The notes under the pieces were generated by a model. The model saw only the letters and a program-made list of their open reading frames with translations, was not told where the DNA came from and ran no database searches. A stretch of 63,835 bases of DNA, filler included, from Reclinomonas americana ATCC 50394 (Eukaryota), in NCBI GenBank assembly GCA_048213135.1. It is 6 parts of 3 records of this genome, joined end to end, with 100 filler letters (N's around TTAATTAATTAA, not from the genome) between each part and the next. Parts side by side here need not be neighbours in the genome. Positions count along the whole stretch, not along the records: positions 10,894 to 34,192 come from PS015035.1; positions 34,293 to 48,351 come from PS015035.1; 4 more parts are not named here. One strand, given 5' to 3'. Shown in pieces: positions 25,940 through 38,498 of this stretch. Numbering within the stretch: the first letter of the stretch is position 1; every line of letters begins with the position of its first letter. The position numbers were made by a program, and so were the translations under genes.

Positions 25940-27171
25940 CGCGAAGAGTCGACGCCGACTCCAGCGCCAGCCCCGGCTCCGGCTCCGGTGCCGGTTGCGG
26001 CCACTCCTGTGCAACAGCCGCAGTACCAGCGACCTGCTCCCGCGGCTGCACCGACTCCGGCTGCTGTCGCTTCGGCGCCCAATGCAGGTGCTGCTGCTGC
26101 TGCTGCTACGGCGGCGGCGGCGACTGCACCAGCGGCGAGCGTGTGGCGTGAGTACACGACCGCGGATGGCCGCAAGTACTACCACAACGCGAGGACCAAC
26201 GAGACGCGATGGGAGAAGCCGAGTGACTTTGCCGGTCCAGGTGTGTGTGCGTTTGAGTTCTCGACTTGAGTCGTGTGTGCTGATCATCTCACTTGTGGCA
26301 TGGCACAGTTGCACCGGTGTTGCAGTCGGCTCCGTCCGAGGCCTCTCTTGCGTCGTCGGCCTCTGTCGCCTCGTTCACCAGTGGTGGATCGCGTGAACGG
26401 TGCGTGGGGTGGTGTGGACCCTCTTGGTGTGCGAATCGTGATCTCATCCCGCCGTCGATTCACAGCTCGCCCTCGACCGATCGTCGCTCCGAGTCATCGG
26501 CTCGCAGCTCCCCCGCGCGCGGTGGCGGCAAGCGCGAAGAGTTCAAGCCGGAGATCAGCCGTGAAAAGACGCCCGAGTTTGCGACCATGAAGGAGAAGGT
26601 TCAGGCGTTCAAGGAGCTGCTGGATGAGCGAGTTGCGCACTTGCCGAGTTCTTGTGTGCTGTCCCTTCTGCGCAACTCACACTCTCCTTGCTGTGTGTGT
26701 GCAGGGCGCCAAGCCAGACACGAAAAAGTTCGATCAGGCCATGCGTCGCATCATGAGCGATGCGCGCTACAAGGTGCTGAAGACCGCAGGCGAGCGGCGT
26801 CTGGCCTTTAACGAGTACTGCCAGCAGAAGCCGAAGCAGATCCAAGTTGCGTCACATTTCATGTCTATGTTGTTGAAGGAGGAGGAGGAGGAGGAGAAGA
26901 AACAAGAACTCATTGTCTCACACGCTGAGTAGGAGGAGCTCCGAAAGAAGCGCCGTCAGGCTCGCGAGGACTTTACCACCATGCTCGCCGAGTCGACCGT
27001 GACGTCGCGCTACACTTTCAAGTTTCGTGTGTACAGAGAAGAGGGATGCATACTTTGTGTTCCGTTGGCTGACGCTCCGTGGGGTGCGAATTGCAGGAAG
27101 GCTGCACAGTTGCTGTCGGACGATCCGCGCTGGTCGAGCATTGACGACGAGAAGGAGCGGGAGGAGCTGTT
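25940..27171 (+). CDS. PRP40: PRP40-like splicing factor, middle exons (WW and FF domains); contig inverted relative to its flanks
   Basis: [74 protein letters not shown]. Confidence 0.85.
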
Positions 27172-27650
27172 NNNNNNNNNNNNNNNNNNNNNNNNNNNNN
27201 NNNNNNNNNNNNNNNNNNNNNNNNNNNNNNNNNNNNNNNNNNNNNNNNNNNNNNNNNNNNNNNNNNNNNNNNNNNNNNNNNNNNNNNNNNNNNNNNNNNN
27301 NNNNNNNNNNNNNNNNNNNNNNNNNNNNNNNNNNNNNNNNNNNNNNNNNNNNNNNNNNNNNNNNNNNNNNNNNNNNNNNNNNNNNNNNNNNNNNNNNNNN
27401 NNNNNNNNNNNNNNNNNNNNNNNNNNNNNNNNNNNNNNNNNNNNNNNNNNNNNNNNNNNNNNNNNNNNNNNNNNNNNNNNNNNNNNNNNNNNNNNNNNNN
27501 NNNNNNNNNNNNNNNNNNNNNNNNNNNNNNNNNNNNNNNNNNNNNNNNNNNNNNNNNNNNNNNNNNNNNNNNNNNNNNNNNNNNNNNNNNNNNNNNNNNN
27601 NNNNNNNNNNNNNNNNNNNNNNNNNNNNNNNNNNNNNNNNNNNNNNNNNN

Positions 27651-28109
27651 TGCTGCGGCTGCTGCTGCTGCATCGGGGCGCCATAACCGCGACCTGGGAC
27701 GACATGCACAAACACACACGCACACACGCACACACGCACACGCAAGAACACGACACACGTCAGTCGCATGCACACTCGTCCACACGACACCGTCTCTGTC
27801 GCCTGTACTCACCATACCCAGATGACATCATCGACGATGCGCCACCAGCTGAGGATGGCACAGAGGGGATGATCGGATCGGGACGCGCTGATGCTGCAGG
27901 CTGTGCACCACCAGCACCACCACCAGCAGCCACACCCGGCTGCACTCACACATACATCATCATCAAAGTGGTTTGTGTGTGTGAGTGGCAAAATGGCGGG
28001 GTCATGCCCAAACTTTCCCCCCCTCTTGCTTACAAACCGGTGGCTTGAGTGCGCCTGCTGTCATCCACGCAGGCAATGTTGCATCACGACCACGGCCACG
28101 GCCCATCAT
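27651..28109 (-). CDS. Probable N-terminal exons of the PRP40-like gene
   Basis: MMGRGRGRDATLPAWMT start, spliced low-complexity exons running into the gap next to the WW/FF contig. Confidence 0.55.
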
Positions 28110-28444
28110 CTTCGCGTGGTTGAGAAAAAACAGTGTGTGGAAATCGACCGCCCAACTCGACCAATGAGCCAACTGTAGGGATCGCGCGGCAAACGGTGAG
28201 AAACGCACTCGGCGGCAACTGACTCGTTTGTGTGTGTCTCTCTCTCTCTCTCTCTCTCCTCTGTGTGTGTGTCTCGCGTGTACACTCATGCATGTGTGTG
28301 CGCGTGTCTCTGGTCGTGTGTGCATGTTTGTGTGGCACTTCTTTCTACAAATCGTCTGATGCGTGCGCGCGCGTGCGTGTGCGTGTTCGCAGTGATTGCA
28401 ATCGGCAGCGGTTGTGGTGGTGGTCGTGTGCACACTCTACCCAC

Positions 28445-31400
28445 ATGAGTGCCGCTCCACTGCATGGTGCCACTCTCCACTGCGCCATGCGACGGGATGC
28501 GCTGCTCGATGAATTCTTGCATGCCGTAGTACCACAACTGGCGTCAGCGAGGTGAGTCGCACTTTTTTGTAGTTTTTTTTAAGTAACACTTGCTGACACA
28601 CACAACTACTTCGTGCGACAGCAGTGCGCGCGACGACGACGTGGGTGGCGTGTGCGGACAGGAGAGCGATCTTCGCAAGGCGTTGGTGGCCTTGTTTGAG
28701 GACCTGGTGGCGAGGACCGTGGTCGTGCAATTCGTGCGTTTCCTCTCCCCTCGCGTCCTCCTTGTAGTGCGCCTTTCTCTCATACACGCACACGCACACG
28801 CTTCTGTGCGTGCAGCGCGAGGGCGACCGAGAAGTGGTGGCTCACAGCGCCGAGTGGCTAATGTCGTTCGCCACGGCCCTACTGGGCGGCAACACCCTCG
28901 TGGCTGCGGTGTGGGACGCGGAGACCAAGCTCACCATTTGCACAATGTGCACTGCCAGTGATGCCGTCGCCGAGGAGGCAATCCGAGCGGCGATGCGCGA
29001 TCCACGGTCAGATGCCCTTCCCCCGGCACATTTTTTGTTCACCCTTCTTACACGTGCACGCACACATAGTGTCCACCTGGCTCGCCGAGCGGAAATCCCA
29101 ATCAAGACCGTCCTCTTCAACTCCTGGGCCGAGGCTGCACCGCACCACTTGCGCCTGTCGTTGCCGAATGCGGAGGCGGAAACAATCACCAAGGCGCCTG
29201 AATCTGCGACCTCGGACCCGAATGTGTCGTTCAATACGCGCGTCTTGCCGCTGCTCGGTGCCGCGCTCGACCGCGACAAGCTGCCCACTGACATAATTGA
29301 CGAGGCGCGCCGCCAATGGCGTGACATTTACTCCGCCTCCGTAATCACGGTGCACAATGTGCCCGTTGCAGTCTCCGACTACGTTGCGTCGCGCGAGGAG
29401 GGGGGAGAAGAGTGAGAGGAAGAAGACAATACGCTGACTGCCTGCCTGTACACAGACGCTATGGACGTCAATCATGCGCCTGTGCGACGCTGAACGAATC
29501 ATCAGTGTCTCTCGGTGCGCCGATGCCCGTGTGTGTGTGCGGGTGGCCACGGCTAGCGATGTCTCCGTGGTCGCCGACGTCCTCAACAATAAGATCCTCT
29601 TTGCTGGTCAATCGGAGTTCCGTGATCCTCCAGCCGTCCTCGCTACACGCACCCGTGCACTCACCTGTACGTCTCTTGTTTGTGCCGGGCAGAGGACTGG
29701 TGGTGCTCCGCAATGTCGGCGACGCCACCGAATTTGTGCGCAATTGTGTCAATCAGCTCTCAGGCGAATCCCGTGTCTTTGGTGAGCCACACGCAACACG
29801 GGCGCTTTATCGCGGCACTTCATGTTGCTCACCGTGGTGATGGATGCAGAGAGCAAATCGATGCAGGTCGGGCAACCGGCCCCGTATCCTGCCTTGTACA
29901 AGGTGCTTGCGCAAATGGCGGACGGCACACAGCGCCGAATCCGCGCCATCGAGCAGAATGCACCGCAGCCTGCACGCAACGTGCCAGAGCTGGACATTTA
30001 CTGGGAGGGCGACGAGCTTGGCAACGGCCTCTTCGGCAGCGTTGTGCTGGGACGTCTCACCGACACGGACGAGCGCGTCGGCGTGCACCACGTGCCGGCC
30101 AAGGGTGCGTGTCCATCTCTCACTCTAACTGTCCCTGCCACTTCACCAACACCAACTCCACCGCTCTGCAGACGTCCTCTTCCCGCAACTTGTCAAGCAA
30201 TTCAGCACGTTGCTGTCACCGCAGGCCACCAGTTGCACGCAGTCCTGCAAGCGCCTAGTTCCGTACCCTCTTTCCCGCACAAAAAGATGACCCACGCACA
30301 CACTCGCTCATGAGTTCGCTGCAGTTCCCCGCCGAGCGCGCCACTGGCATGCAGATCCGTGGCCATCTCATTGTGCAGGAGCTGGCGGCGTTCTCCCTCC
30401 GCGATCTGGTCGAACACAATGGTGGCCAGACTTTTGGACAGCTGGGACGTGAGCATCGCCGTGTCATCATGGCCGAGGTGGTGGCTGCCGTGGCGGCGCT
30501 GCACGAGGGACACCTGGGCTTCGCCTTTGGCGATCTCCGTCCCGAGCACGTGATGTTTGACTTTGTGCACCGCATGTTGCGTTCAAGCATGATGTTTCTG
30601 TGTCATCCAGCATTCAGTCTGCTGATTTTTTCTGCTCTCCTCCTCCGCACACACAGCAAGCTGAACGACCGCAGCCTCGTCAATCTCGGGTCGTCGCTCG
30701 GCACTACCAAGACCTCCGGACCGGCGACAGCATCGGCGGTTCGGCTCAGCATGTTCCGTGCCCCCGAGTTGCTCAGCAGTGCCGACAGTGCGGCCAGCTT
30801 CGAGGCCGACATCTTCTCTCTCGGTGTGCTGCTGTACTACATCTGGACTGGAGGTCGGCATCCATGGGACGCATACACTGCCGGCACTGGCGACAGCGAT
30901 AGCATCGGCGGCGGCGGCGGCAGCAGCAGCAGCAGTGGTGGCGCTGGTGGAGGTGCCGGCAGCAGCGGAAATGCCTCTGCAGCCTCTGGCACAGCCGATC
31001 GCGAGTCACAGCTGGCGCGAACCATGGCCAGCGGGCAGGCCGTACCACAGCTGCAGCATGTGGGCGACGTGTTTCTCGAGAGTCTTCTCCTCTCCATGCT
31101 GGCCCCGGATCCCGAGGTGCGCCCGTTCATCGCCACGGTCGAAGGTCACCCTTTCTTCTGGTCCACCGAGCGCCGGGTGGAGTTTGTGAGTGCCATGGAC
31201 GACGCGCTGCAGAATCGCGACCCCGATGGTGAGTAAGCACGTATGCACTGTTGTCTTGTGTATGTAGGAGGAGTGCGATGCACTGACAGTATCGGGGCGG
31301 CGCACAGTCGAGGCGGTGATGCGGCAAATCCGGCTGCCGTGGGAAGGTTGGTCGTGGAAAGACCCGCTGCGTCATGCTCTCGGTCACGGGGCCATTGTCG

Positions 31401-31615
31401 ACCTGTATCGGCCTGAGTGCCGTCGCAATCTCGGTCGGCACCCGGACTCGGATGCACAAGTGCCGGACGACGTGGGTGGCATGTTGCATTTCGTTCGCGA
31501 GTTCGCCTGTCGAAAGCTCGATCGCAGTTCGCTGGCGCAGCGACTGCAAGCCGTCTCGCTCTCCGCCAATCAGTCTCCGATGCACCTTGGTTCGTCTGCT
31601 GACAACTCTCTACTT

Positions 31616-31647
<32 letters not shown>

Positions 31648-31667
31648 NNNNNNNNNNNNNNNNNNNN

Positions 31668-31710
<43 letters not shown>

Positions 31711-33844
31711 GTCATGTGTGTGCTAACACCGCACACACACGCAGTTGCGCTCACCGATTTCTTCTTTGCGCACCCGGTTTTTGCCTGGCTGATTCCGGAA
31801 TTGTACTCGGTCATCCACGTGCAAGGCGTGCGTATCGTACGCCAGCTCCAGCGCCACAATCGTCTCCGACGACTGACCGGCACCAGCGTGCTGCAATCGC
31901 CCGTCGGTGGCCTCGGTTTGTCAGCTCGCTCTCTCTCTCTCACTCACACACACTCACGACAATCACCGCCGGGCCACGCAGAGACGCTGGACTCGGAGAA
32001 CAGTCACTCGCACACGCTGTATAACCGCCTGGTCACACAATCTGCCGCCCACGCCGCACCGCTGCCGACTCATGCGGCAGCGCCACCAGCAACTGGTGGT
32101 GCCGGATCGGCCTCGCTAATCGATGCACCGCCTGCTCCGCGTGCGACCGACAAGCTGCGGGTGGCCACCACGCCGCAGACGTTGCACCAGGCTGCACCGG
32201 CGCATCTGCACCCGACCTCTGCTGCCTCTGCTGCAGTTTCGACGCCGTCCTCGGTTGTCGGTTCTCACGACCACGTGTTCGATGCCTGGGCGCGCCATCG
32301 CATCAGCGTCGCTCCGACTGCTGGCGCCGCCGGACAAGGTGCGCACCCAACTCGTGCCATGTAATCTGTTTGTAGTGGAACGTGCACTCACCATTGCGCA
32401 CAGCAATCGCTGTTGGCACCGGTCGCCGCACAGCAGGTGTCGACAGTCCCGCCACTCTCACCGGCTTTGGCGCACCTGGTGAGCCATCCCGTGCCCTTCC
32501 GCTGCCAGAAAGTAACTCCTTCTCACCATCTCATGAGCAGATGGCGGTGCCTCCATGCACGATTTTTCTCCGGATGGGGTGGGTTGGGCCGGTGGTTTCA
32601 GTGGCTCGGCTGCTGGCGGCCTTGGCAACTCGATTCCCTCGCCCATCCTTGCGCCCTCTGGACACGCTGTCAAGATGGCTGGCAACGGAGCCGGTGGCAG
32701 TGCTGGCGGAGCGGGAGCGACTGGTCACGGGGTCGTGCACACAGGCGTGAGTGGCAGCAGCCTGTTCCCCTCCGACTCGCTTGGCACGTACCGCATGCTC
32801 GACACGGCTTCGCACATGGTGGACTGGAGCGGAGCTCACATGACGGACGAGCTGTCGCTTGGCGGCGGTGGCGTCGGCAACAGCAGCGGCTCCGCTGGTG
32901 GCCCGAACTCGTTCGGCGGTTTCGCCCGCAAGAACGCCGGTGCCAGCAATGTTGGTGTTGGCGGTGGCAATGGAGGCAGCGGATCCGCCATGCTGTTCGA
33001 CGCGCGCGCGTGGTCCGATGTTCCGAGTGGTGCCAGCGGTCGCGCCGGTGTCGGCATGGTCAATGCCGGTCGACCGGGAATCGGGTTGCCGCAAGGCAGT
33101 CCACCGGGCACCATTGGCGTCGTGCAGGGTCCACCAATGGGACCCGGCCTTGGTCTCGGCATGCAGCTCACCGGACCGCCGTCGGCGCAGCTGCTCATGG
33201 TGCAACAGCAGCAGCAACAACAACAACACCAAATGCAGGCAGCACAGCAGCAAGTGCAAATGCTGCAGGCTCAATCTCAACAACAACAACAGCAACAGCA
33301 GCTCCAACAGCAGCAGCAATCGGGCCAATTGCAATCCCTCCAATCGCAATCCTCTCAACAAGTGCAATCGCAACAGCAGCACCACTCGTTGCTCATGGGA
33401 GCGTCTGGTGCGTCCGCACATGCGTGCATGTTTTCGTCGTCGTCATGCTCTCGACTGATTCACTCTGTGTTGAATGGCACGCAGCTGTAATCCAGCGCGA
33501 GCCATTCCCCGGCTGGGATCTCCGCGTCGTGTACTCTGGCGTGGTCAAGTACCACAGTCGGGGGCTTGCCTTTATCTACCCCGACGTCCGACCCCCCGAA
33601 TTCAAGGTACGTACCTCCATGTCCTCCGTCACCGATGGTCGTTGCTGACGACGAGACGACGGTGCATATGCAGGATCTCGGCATCGCGTGCTTCCCGTCG
33701 TCGCTGGCCACCGACACCGCGGTGGGCATGGAGTTCACTGAAATCACCCGCAGTGGCATCCGTGTCGACTTCCGCGTGTGTCGCAATCAAGACGATCGCT
33801 ACAAACACAAGCCAATGTGCTTCGAAGTGCGCCGCAAGAATTAG
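28445..33844 (+). CDS. Multidomain RNase L/IRE1-like protein: RRM-like, pseudokinase, KEN-like, Q-rich, cold-shock-like domain
   Basis: ELGNGLFGSV, FGDLRPEHV, FRAPELL, DIFSLGVLLYYIWTGGRHPW, GHPFFWS..RRVEFV, FAWLIPELY, YSGVVKYHSRGLAFIYPD. Confidence 0.7.
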
Positions 33845-34292
33845 GCCACCTCACCCCCACGCAGACATAACACTACTCGCTTTCAACTTCGTTTGTTCTT
33901 TACCCCTCTGCCCAATACCTCCTCCCATGAGCGCCCGTCAACCCGAACGGTATTCGTCTTCTCTTTCTCTCCTCCTCCTCCCTCTTCATCAATATGATCA
34001 TCCCAATGAAATCGACGGCGCCATCTCTCACAACAAGCACTTCAACTGTACACCCACCAAGTACCTTCACTAGTCGACTGGTGAGCAAAACGCGCTAATG
34101 ACGCCAACGAGGGAGAAAGCACCAAAATCTCACGATATACGCAAGCACACTGCCACACAAAAATCACACACGGCAAGTGGCACAGAAAAGAANNNNNNNN
34201 NNNNNNNNNNNNNNNNNNNNNNNNNNNNNNNNNNNNTTAATTAATTAANNNNNNNNNNNNNNNNNNNNNNNNNNNNNNNNNNNNNNNNNNNN

Positions 34293-34929
34293 ACGATTGC
34301 ACGACACGATCGAGCGCGTGGAACTCGTTGCGTGCAGGGATGAGAAAAGAGAGTGTGCATCCCCTGAGTTTGCATGTCGCCAACATTTTGCCCAACTCGT
34401 GCAGGAGCGTGAGGCGGAGCGCGCGCACGCGGCGGCAGAGTTGTCGCAGTGGACCAGCATTGCTGGGCTGTCGTTGACGCTGACGAGCGCGCTGGCGCAC
34501 GCACACGAGGAGCTGGCGGCCTCGGAGAACGCCCGTCGCACGGCCGAGCAGCAGCGAGATCTGCTGGCCCACGTGCTGGCGGAGCGTGAGACGGAGGCGG
34601 CCGAGTTGCGCGGCCGCCAGCAGACGCTGGTGACCGAGGTGGAGAAGCGAGCGGAGCAGCGGGAGAAGGGTCGCGAGATGGGTCGCCTCGACAAGATCTC
34701 GCACGTGCTGAGCATGAGCACGCAGATGCGTGAAAAGTTTGCGCGCCTGAAGAGCGAACTGCAACAGTTCCCGCTGGATGATGACGACGATGGAGGCTTG
34801 GGAGATGTAGGTGGAGCGCGGTCGACGGCGTTGAAGCAGCAGCGGCAGCGGACCGCATTAGTACCGGAGGACAGAGATGTGACGGGCGTGGCCAGGATTC
34901 TACAAGTGCCACTCAATGGAACCCACTGA
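34293..34929 (+). CDS. 3' end of a coiled-coil protein (5' truncated)
   Basis: E/R/A/Q-rich helical ORF at scaffold start. Confidence 0.5.
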
Positions 34930-35122
34930 CCGGCGGGTTCATACACACACACCTAATCACTTTTGTCTCCTCCTCCCTGTCCCCCTTTCTCTCTTCTTCT
35001 CTTGTGCATACTCTCGTTCCGCTCGATCCATTTTCTCCCCTCCTTCTGGCCCTCTCTTCTTGCAGGCCTGAAATGATAATGTACGTTGCCAGTGTAATTT
35101 TCCCAGATCTCCCCCCCTCCCT

Positions 35123-36751
35123 CTATTCGTCTCCTGTCTCCTCTCTGCGCAGCTCGGCCACGGCGGCCGACACCTCCCCATCCACCTCTTCTTCGTCAAA
35201 ATCGTCATCCTCCCCTTCCTCATCGTCGCGTGGCGGTGGTGGCGCCTCGGCACCAAAGGCGGCCCAATCAAAATCGTCGGCACACAGGCGGTGCAGTGGC
35301 GGCGAGCCGGGTCGCCACCAGCGGCCGCCGACGGAGCGCAGAGAGCGCAATATGGCCGTACCGCGCTTGAAGTATTCGACGGACGGCCCGACCAGCAGCG
35401 CGCCTTCGACACGCCAGCCGCCGCCGGCCTCGGGTGGCGCCAGACGCACAGTCAACCGCAGGTAATCTTCGTCGCGTCGCCGACTGCTGGTGACGATGCC
35501 GTCGCCGGAGGCCATGTACTCGCCAACCGCAAACACGTGCAGGCCAAACATGAGCACGTGCTGGTTGAAGATCAGCGGCTCCGTCGGGTGACCGAGCAGC
35601 GAGCGCACGCAATGCTGCGCCTCCTCACGCGCCGCCGTCCAGTTCTTCCACTGTCGCCAGTCGCATTCCACACCCGGCTCGCCCTCGAACGTAGCGCAGT
35701 CGCCAACGGCACAGATGCACGGATCGTCCACCGTGACGAAATCGCTGCCGACGCACACACCGTCGTCAGTGCACTGCAACTCACACTGCCGCGCCAGCTC
35801 CACGTTTCCGCGCACGCCAATCGCCTGCACCAGCGTGTCGCACGCGAGCTCCCGCCCACTGCGCAGCCGTACACCAACCACGGCGCCTGCGTTGACCAGC
35901 ACCACTTGCACCTCGTCCTCCACGACCACCTCCAGCTCCGGAATGCGCCGCATTCGCTCCAGCACCATGGCCGCCGCCTGCGAGTCGACAAACGACCGCG
36001 CCACCTCCGAACCACGTGCCACAACCGTCACATGCGCCAAGTGCGGTGGCAGTGGCGGAGTCGGCGGTCGCGGACGCGACGGAGGCACCGCCGGCGGCTG
36101 CTCTCGGAAACCGCCTCCCAGGTACCCGCCCTCGACAATGTTGCTCACGAGATCCATGGACAGCGTGCCCGCCCCGATAATCACCACCCGCGAGGCACGC
36201 TTGATGGACTCATTGAGGGCCACAGACTCCTCTGCATTGCGAACGACATACATCCCGTGCGGAGCAGCAGCACACAAGTGGCGCACAGGCTCACTCAGAC
36301 TCGGCGCAGGCACCAGCGGCGATGACACCTCGTGCTCCTCACACGGGTACTCGACAAAGTGCGGCACACCTCCCGTGGCCAGAAAAAGCACCTTGTATGG
36401 CACACGCTGACCACTGCCCGCCTCCACCACACACTGGTCATCGCGATCAATCTCCGCCACTCTCTCCAATCGCCACTCAATGTTCTTGCGCGTAAAGTAC
36501 TCGGCTTTCTTCCCGCCAAAGTCCACCGTCTCGCGCGAGGGGAACTTGAGGCGGAAAAACGCATTCGGGCGAGAGTAGAAGGGCTCCGCAGGGTCCGCGT
36601 ACACAATCACAGGCTCACTGCTGCAGTGGCGACGCAGCTCCTCGGCCACTGACAAGCCCGCAATGCCTCCTGTAGAGGACACACATCAGCGTGTCTGTGT
36701 GTGTGAGAGGAGAGGTGAGTGAGCATTACCTCCGATGATGATGTACGCCAT
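35123..36751 (-). CDS. Pyridine nucleotide-disulfide oxidoreductase, PYROXD1-like
   Basis: YIIIGG|GIAGLSVAEEL, LFLATGG, VVIIGAG, QAIGVRGN, ICAVGDCA, WRQWKNWTAA. Confidence 0.85.
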
Positions 36752-36798
36752 TCGATGTTGTCCTTGTTGTGTCCTCCTTCTTCTCTTTGACTGTGGCG

Positions 36799-38481
36799 AT
36801 GGAGAGCAGTGCGCGTGCACGTGTTGTGCGTGCGACCATGAGCGCACCACACTTTGCCTTTGCGCTGTCCATGCGTGAGCAGCTGGAGCGCGAGGAGGCC
36901 GGCTTGCCAGAGATGCCTCCTCCAGAGCAAATCAGTGAGCGTCTGCTCGACTTGCTGCAACGCGCCCCTGCGATCTATCTCGGTGAGTGAGCGAGCGAGT
37001 GAGTGTCTTTGTGTGTGCTGCATCTCTGACTGCGTGTGCGTGTGTGTGATAGAGCGATATGGGGGGCATTTGGATGTGGAATCACTCGGTCTCTTTGAGG
37101 TGCTGCGCGCATCGGAGTATGAGATCGCGTGGCACTTGGATCGGCTGCTGAAGGCGGCTCGGCGATCGGCGCATGAACAGGCGGTGCTGGTGCGCAACCG
37201 TCGCTTCCAGAAGATGAAGCACATGCTGGAGGAGGAGTACTTCTCCGTCGATGCCATTGCGTTGCGGCATCCGCGACTGTATCACGACACGATTGGGAGG
37301 CTGATGGAGGGTCTGCCGCCGATGGCGCCCGATGCGACGCTCTCCTCGCGGCTCATTCAGAATGCGCTGATGGAGCAGGTGGCTGAGAAGCGGCTGAATG
37401 AGGAGCATGAGGAGTGGAGAAAGTATGGCGAGGGCGGGGAGTCGGCGTATGAGCCGCACGTTCCGCGACCGCGGCAGCGTGACGGTGATGGCGACGAGGG
37501 CGATGATGATGATGATGATGACGACGACGGGGGAGAGGAGTTTGACACGGACGACGAAGAAGGAGAGCAGGCGGAGAAGGATGCCATGGACGAGGACGAA
37601 CGGGAGAAACCGAGCAGGCCGTACGCAAAGGCTTCGGGCGTGGCTGCGGCAGCGGCGGCGGCGGCGGCCGCAGCTTCGGCGGCATCGTCGTCGTCTGTCT
37701 CTCGGCACGGCGATCGTCGATTCGCTGGCGGTGGAGTGATGGTGGCCGCCGAGTCGCCAAAGCAGGCGCCACAGCGGATCGTGGGCGACGACGGCCCCGT
37801 GCGTCAGTGGGGCGATCTGCCGTTCGGATCGCGTGAGCCGGCGCTGAGCAACGCCGCCATGTCGATCGGACTGAAACGCATGTCGACGGCCTTTCGGCAT
37901 CACCGCGGGCGCGGTGGTGGGGTGGGTGGTGGAGGTGGAGGGCGCGGAGGTGGTGGAGGAGGTGCGGGTGGCAGCCAGGAGTGTTTGTGGGGTGCCGTTG
38001 TGCGCGCCACATTGCCGTCGTCCGCCGACGAGGACGAGGGTGGTGAGGGAAGTGCCTCATCATCGGCTGCTGCTCCTGCTGCTGCGCCAGGTCCAGCGCC
38101 ATCTCGACCCGTGTATGAGGTACGGTTGTGTGTGTGTGCACTATCTTGCTTCTCGTGCATATGGTGACGTCGCGCCGCGTCGCACAGGATGCCTTTGTGA
38201 GACACATGATGAAGGAGGCGGCGATGGACGAGGACATGGCGGCCTCGACGGAGCTGACCGAGGAGAAGCAGGCCGAGTTGGAGGCGTCGCTGGTGCGACA
38301 GGCGATTCAGCTGTTCATCGACGGCGCCGACAGCGAATTCTTCGACTACAGCACTGTGGACACGGATGACACGCTGGATGATCTGGTGACCATGCAACGC
38401 GATGCCGAAGACGCCTACTTTGCTGAAGATGGTGACGAAGACGAAGACGAAGACGAGGAGGACATGGAGACTGATGCGTGA
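36799..38481 (+). CDS. CCDC97/DUF2052-like protein, 3 exons
   Basis: IYLERYG, VRNRR, EEYFSVDAIALRHPRLYHDTIG, FIDGADSEFFDYSTVDTD, RDAEDAYF. Confidence 0.85.
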
Positions 38482-38498
38482 GAGTGACGAGGTGGCGT

